A stretch of DNA of 15,545 bases. Origin: Myxococcota bacterium (lineage in GTDB: Bacteria; Myxococcota; UBA4151). Where the stretch lies: NCBI GenBank assembly GCA_040260805.1, contig JBDQPD010000082.1, forward strand, positions 1-15,545. The letters run 5' to 3'. Both the position numbers and the translations under genes were made by a program. Positions 15,377 to 15,545 of this stretch are shown in pieces. The notes below the pieces were generated by a model that was not told where the DNA came from, ran no database searches, and saw only the letters and a list, made by a program, of their open reading frames with translations. Within the stretch, counting starts at the first letter, position 1, and each line of letters begins with the position of its first letter.

Positions 15377-15545
15377 ATGCCAAGATTGCAACTCGCTGCG
15401 TACCTGACTGTTTTTATGGTGACTTTGAGCCTGTCTTGCGGCGAGCAGACGGTGGTTCGAGAGACCGAGGCGAGCTGCGGCAATGGGCAAGTTGAGGTCG
15501 GTGAAGCCTGCGATGACGGCAACACCGAGCCCTCCGATGCGTGCA
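15377..15545 (+). CDS. Start of another Cys-rich-repeat (DUF4215-like) lipoprotein; 3'-truncated by window edge
   Basis: Not in the ORF track because it has no stop in the window. ATG 15377 with GAGGAGG at 15366-15372 translates [56 protein letters not shown]: lipobox LSLSC plus the first repeat. Confidence 0.88.
   Translation, partial: MPRLQLAAYLTVFMVTLSLSCGEQTVVRETEASCGNGQVEVGEACDDGNTEPSDAC

Overview
This is a GC-rich bacterial window. It is most likely from a myxobacterium or relative (Myxococcota); that assignment is inferred from three genes with the Cys-rich CGDG...CDDGN...C...C repeats typical of the group and from the many lipoproteins. It is densely coding, with 14 supported CDSs, of which the two terminal ones are truncated by the window edges. 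In order: a Cys-rich-repeat protein with a fibrinogen/intelectin-like head, a small membrane protein, a GH-A-like/DUF4832 lipoprotein, an HDAC-family deacylase, a translationally coupled VTC-domain / DUF4956 / DUF2490-like operon, a MarR regulator followed by an N-acyl-D-amino-acid deacylase-family amidohydrolase and an alpha/beta-hydrolase lipoprotein, a convergent KamA-family radical-SAM aminomutase with an intrinsic terminator, and a run of surface lipoproteins (HExxH metallopeptidase, Cys-repeat + 7-blade RCC1 propeller, start of another Cys-repeat protein). The best candidates for poorly described systems are (1) the VTC / inner-membrane / outer-membrane-barrel operon preceded by Pho-box-like repeats, possibly a phosphate-regulated polyphosphate synthesis and export machine, and (2) a family of stalk-plus-variable-head surface proteins that show DNA-level signs of repeat shuffling. 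No rRNA, tRNA, CRISPR array or mobile element was recognised. All family assignments come from motif recognition by eye, not database searches.
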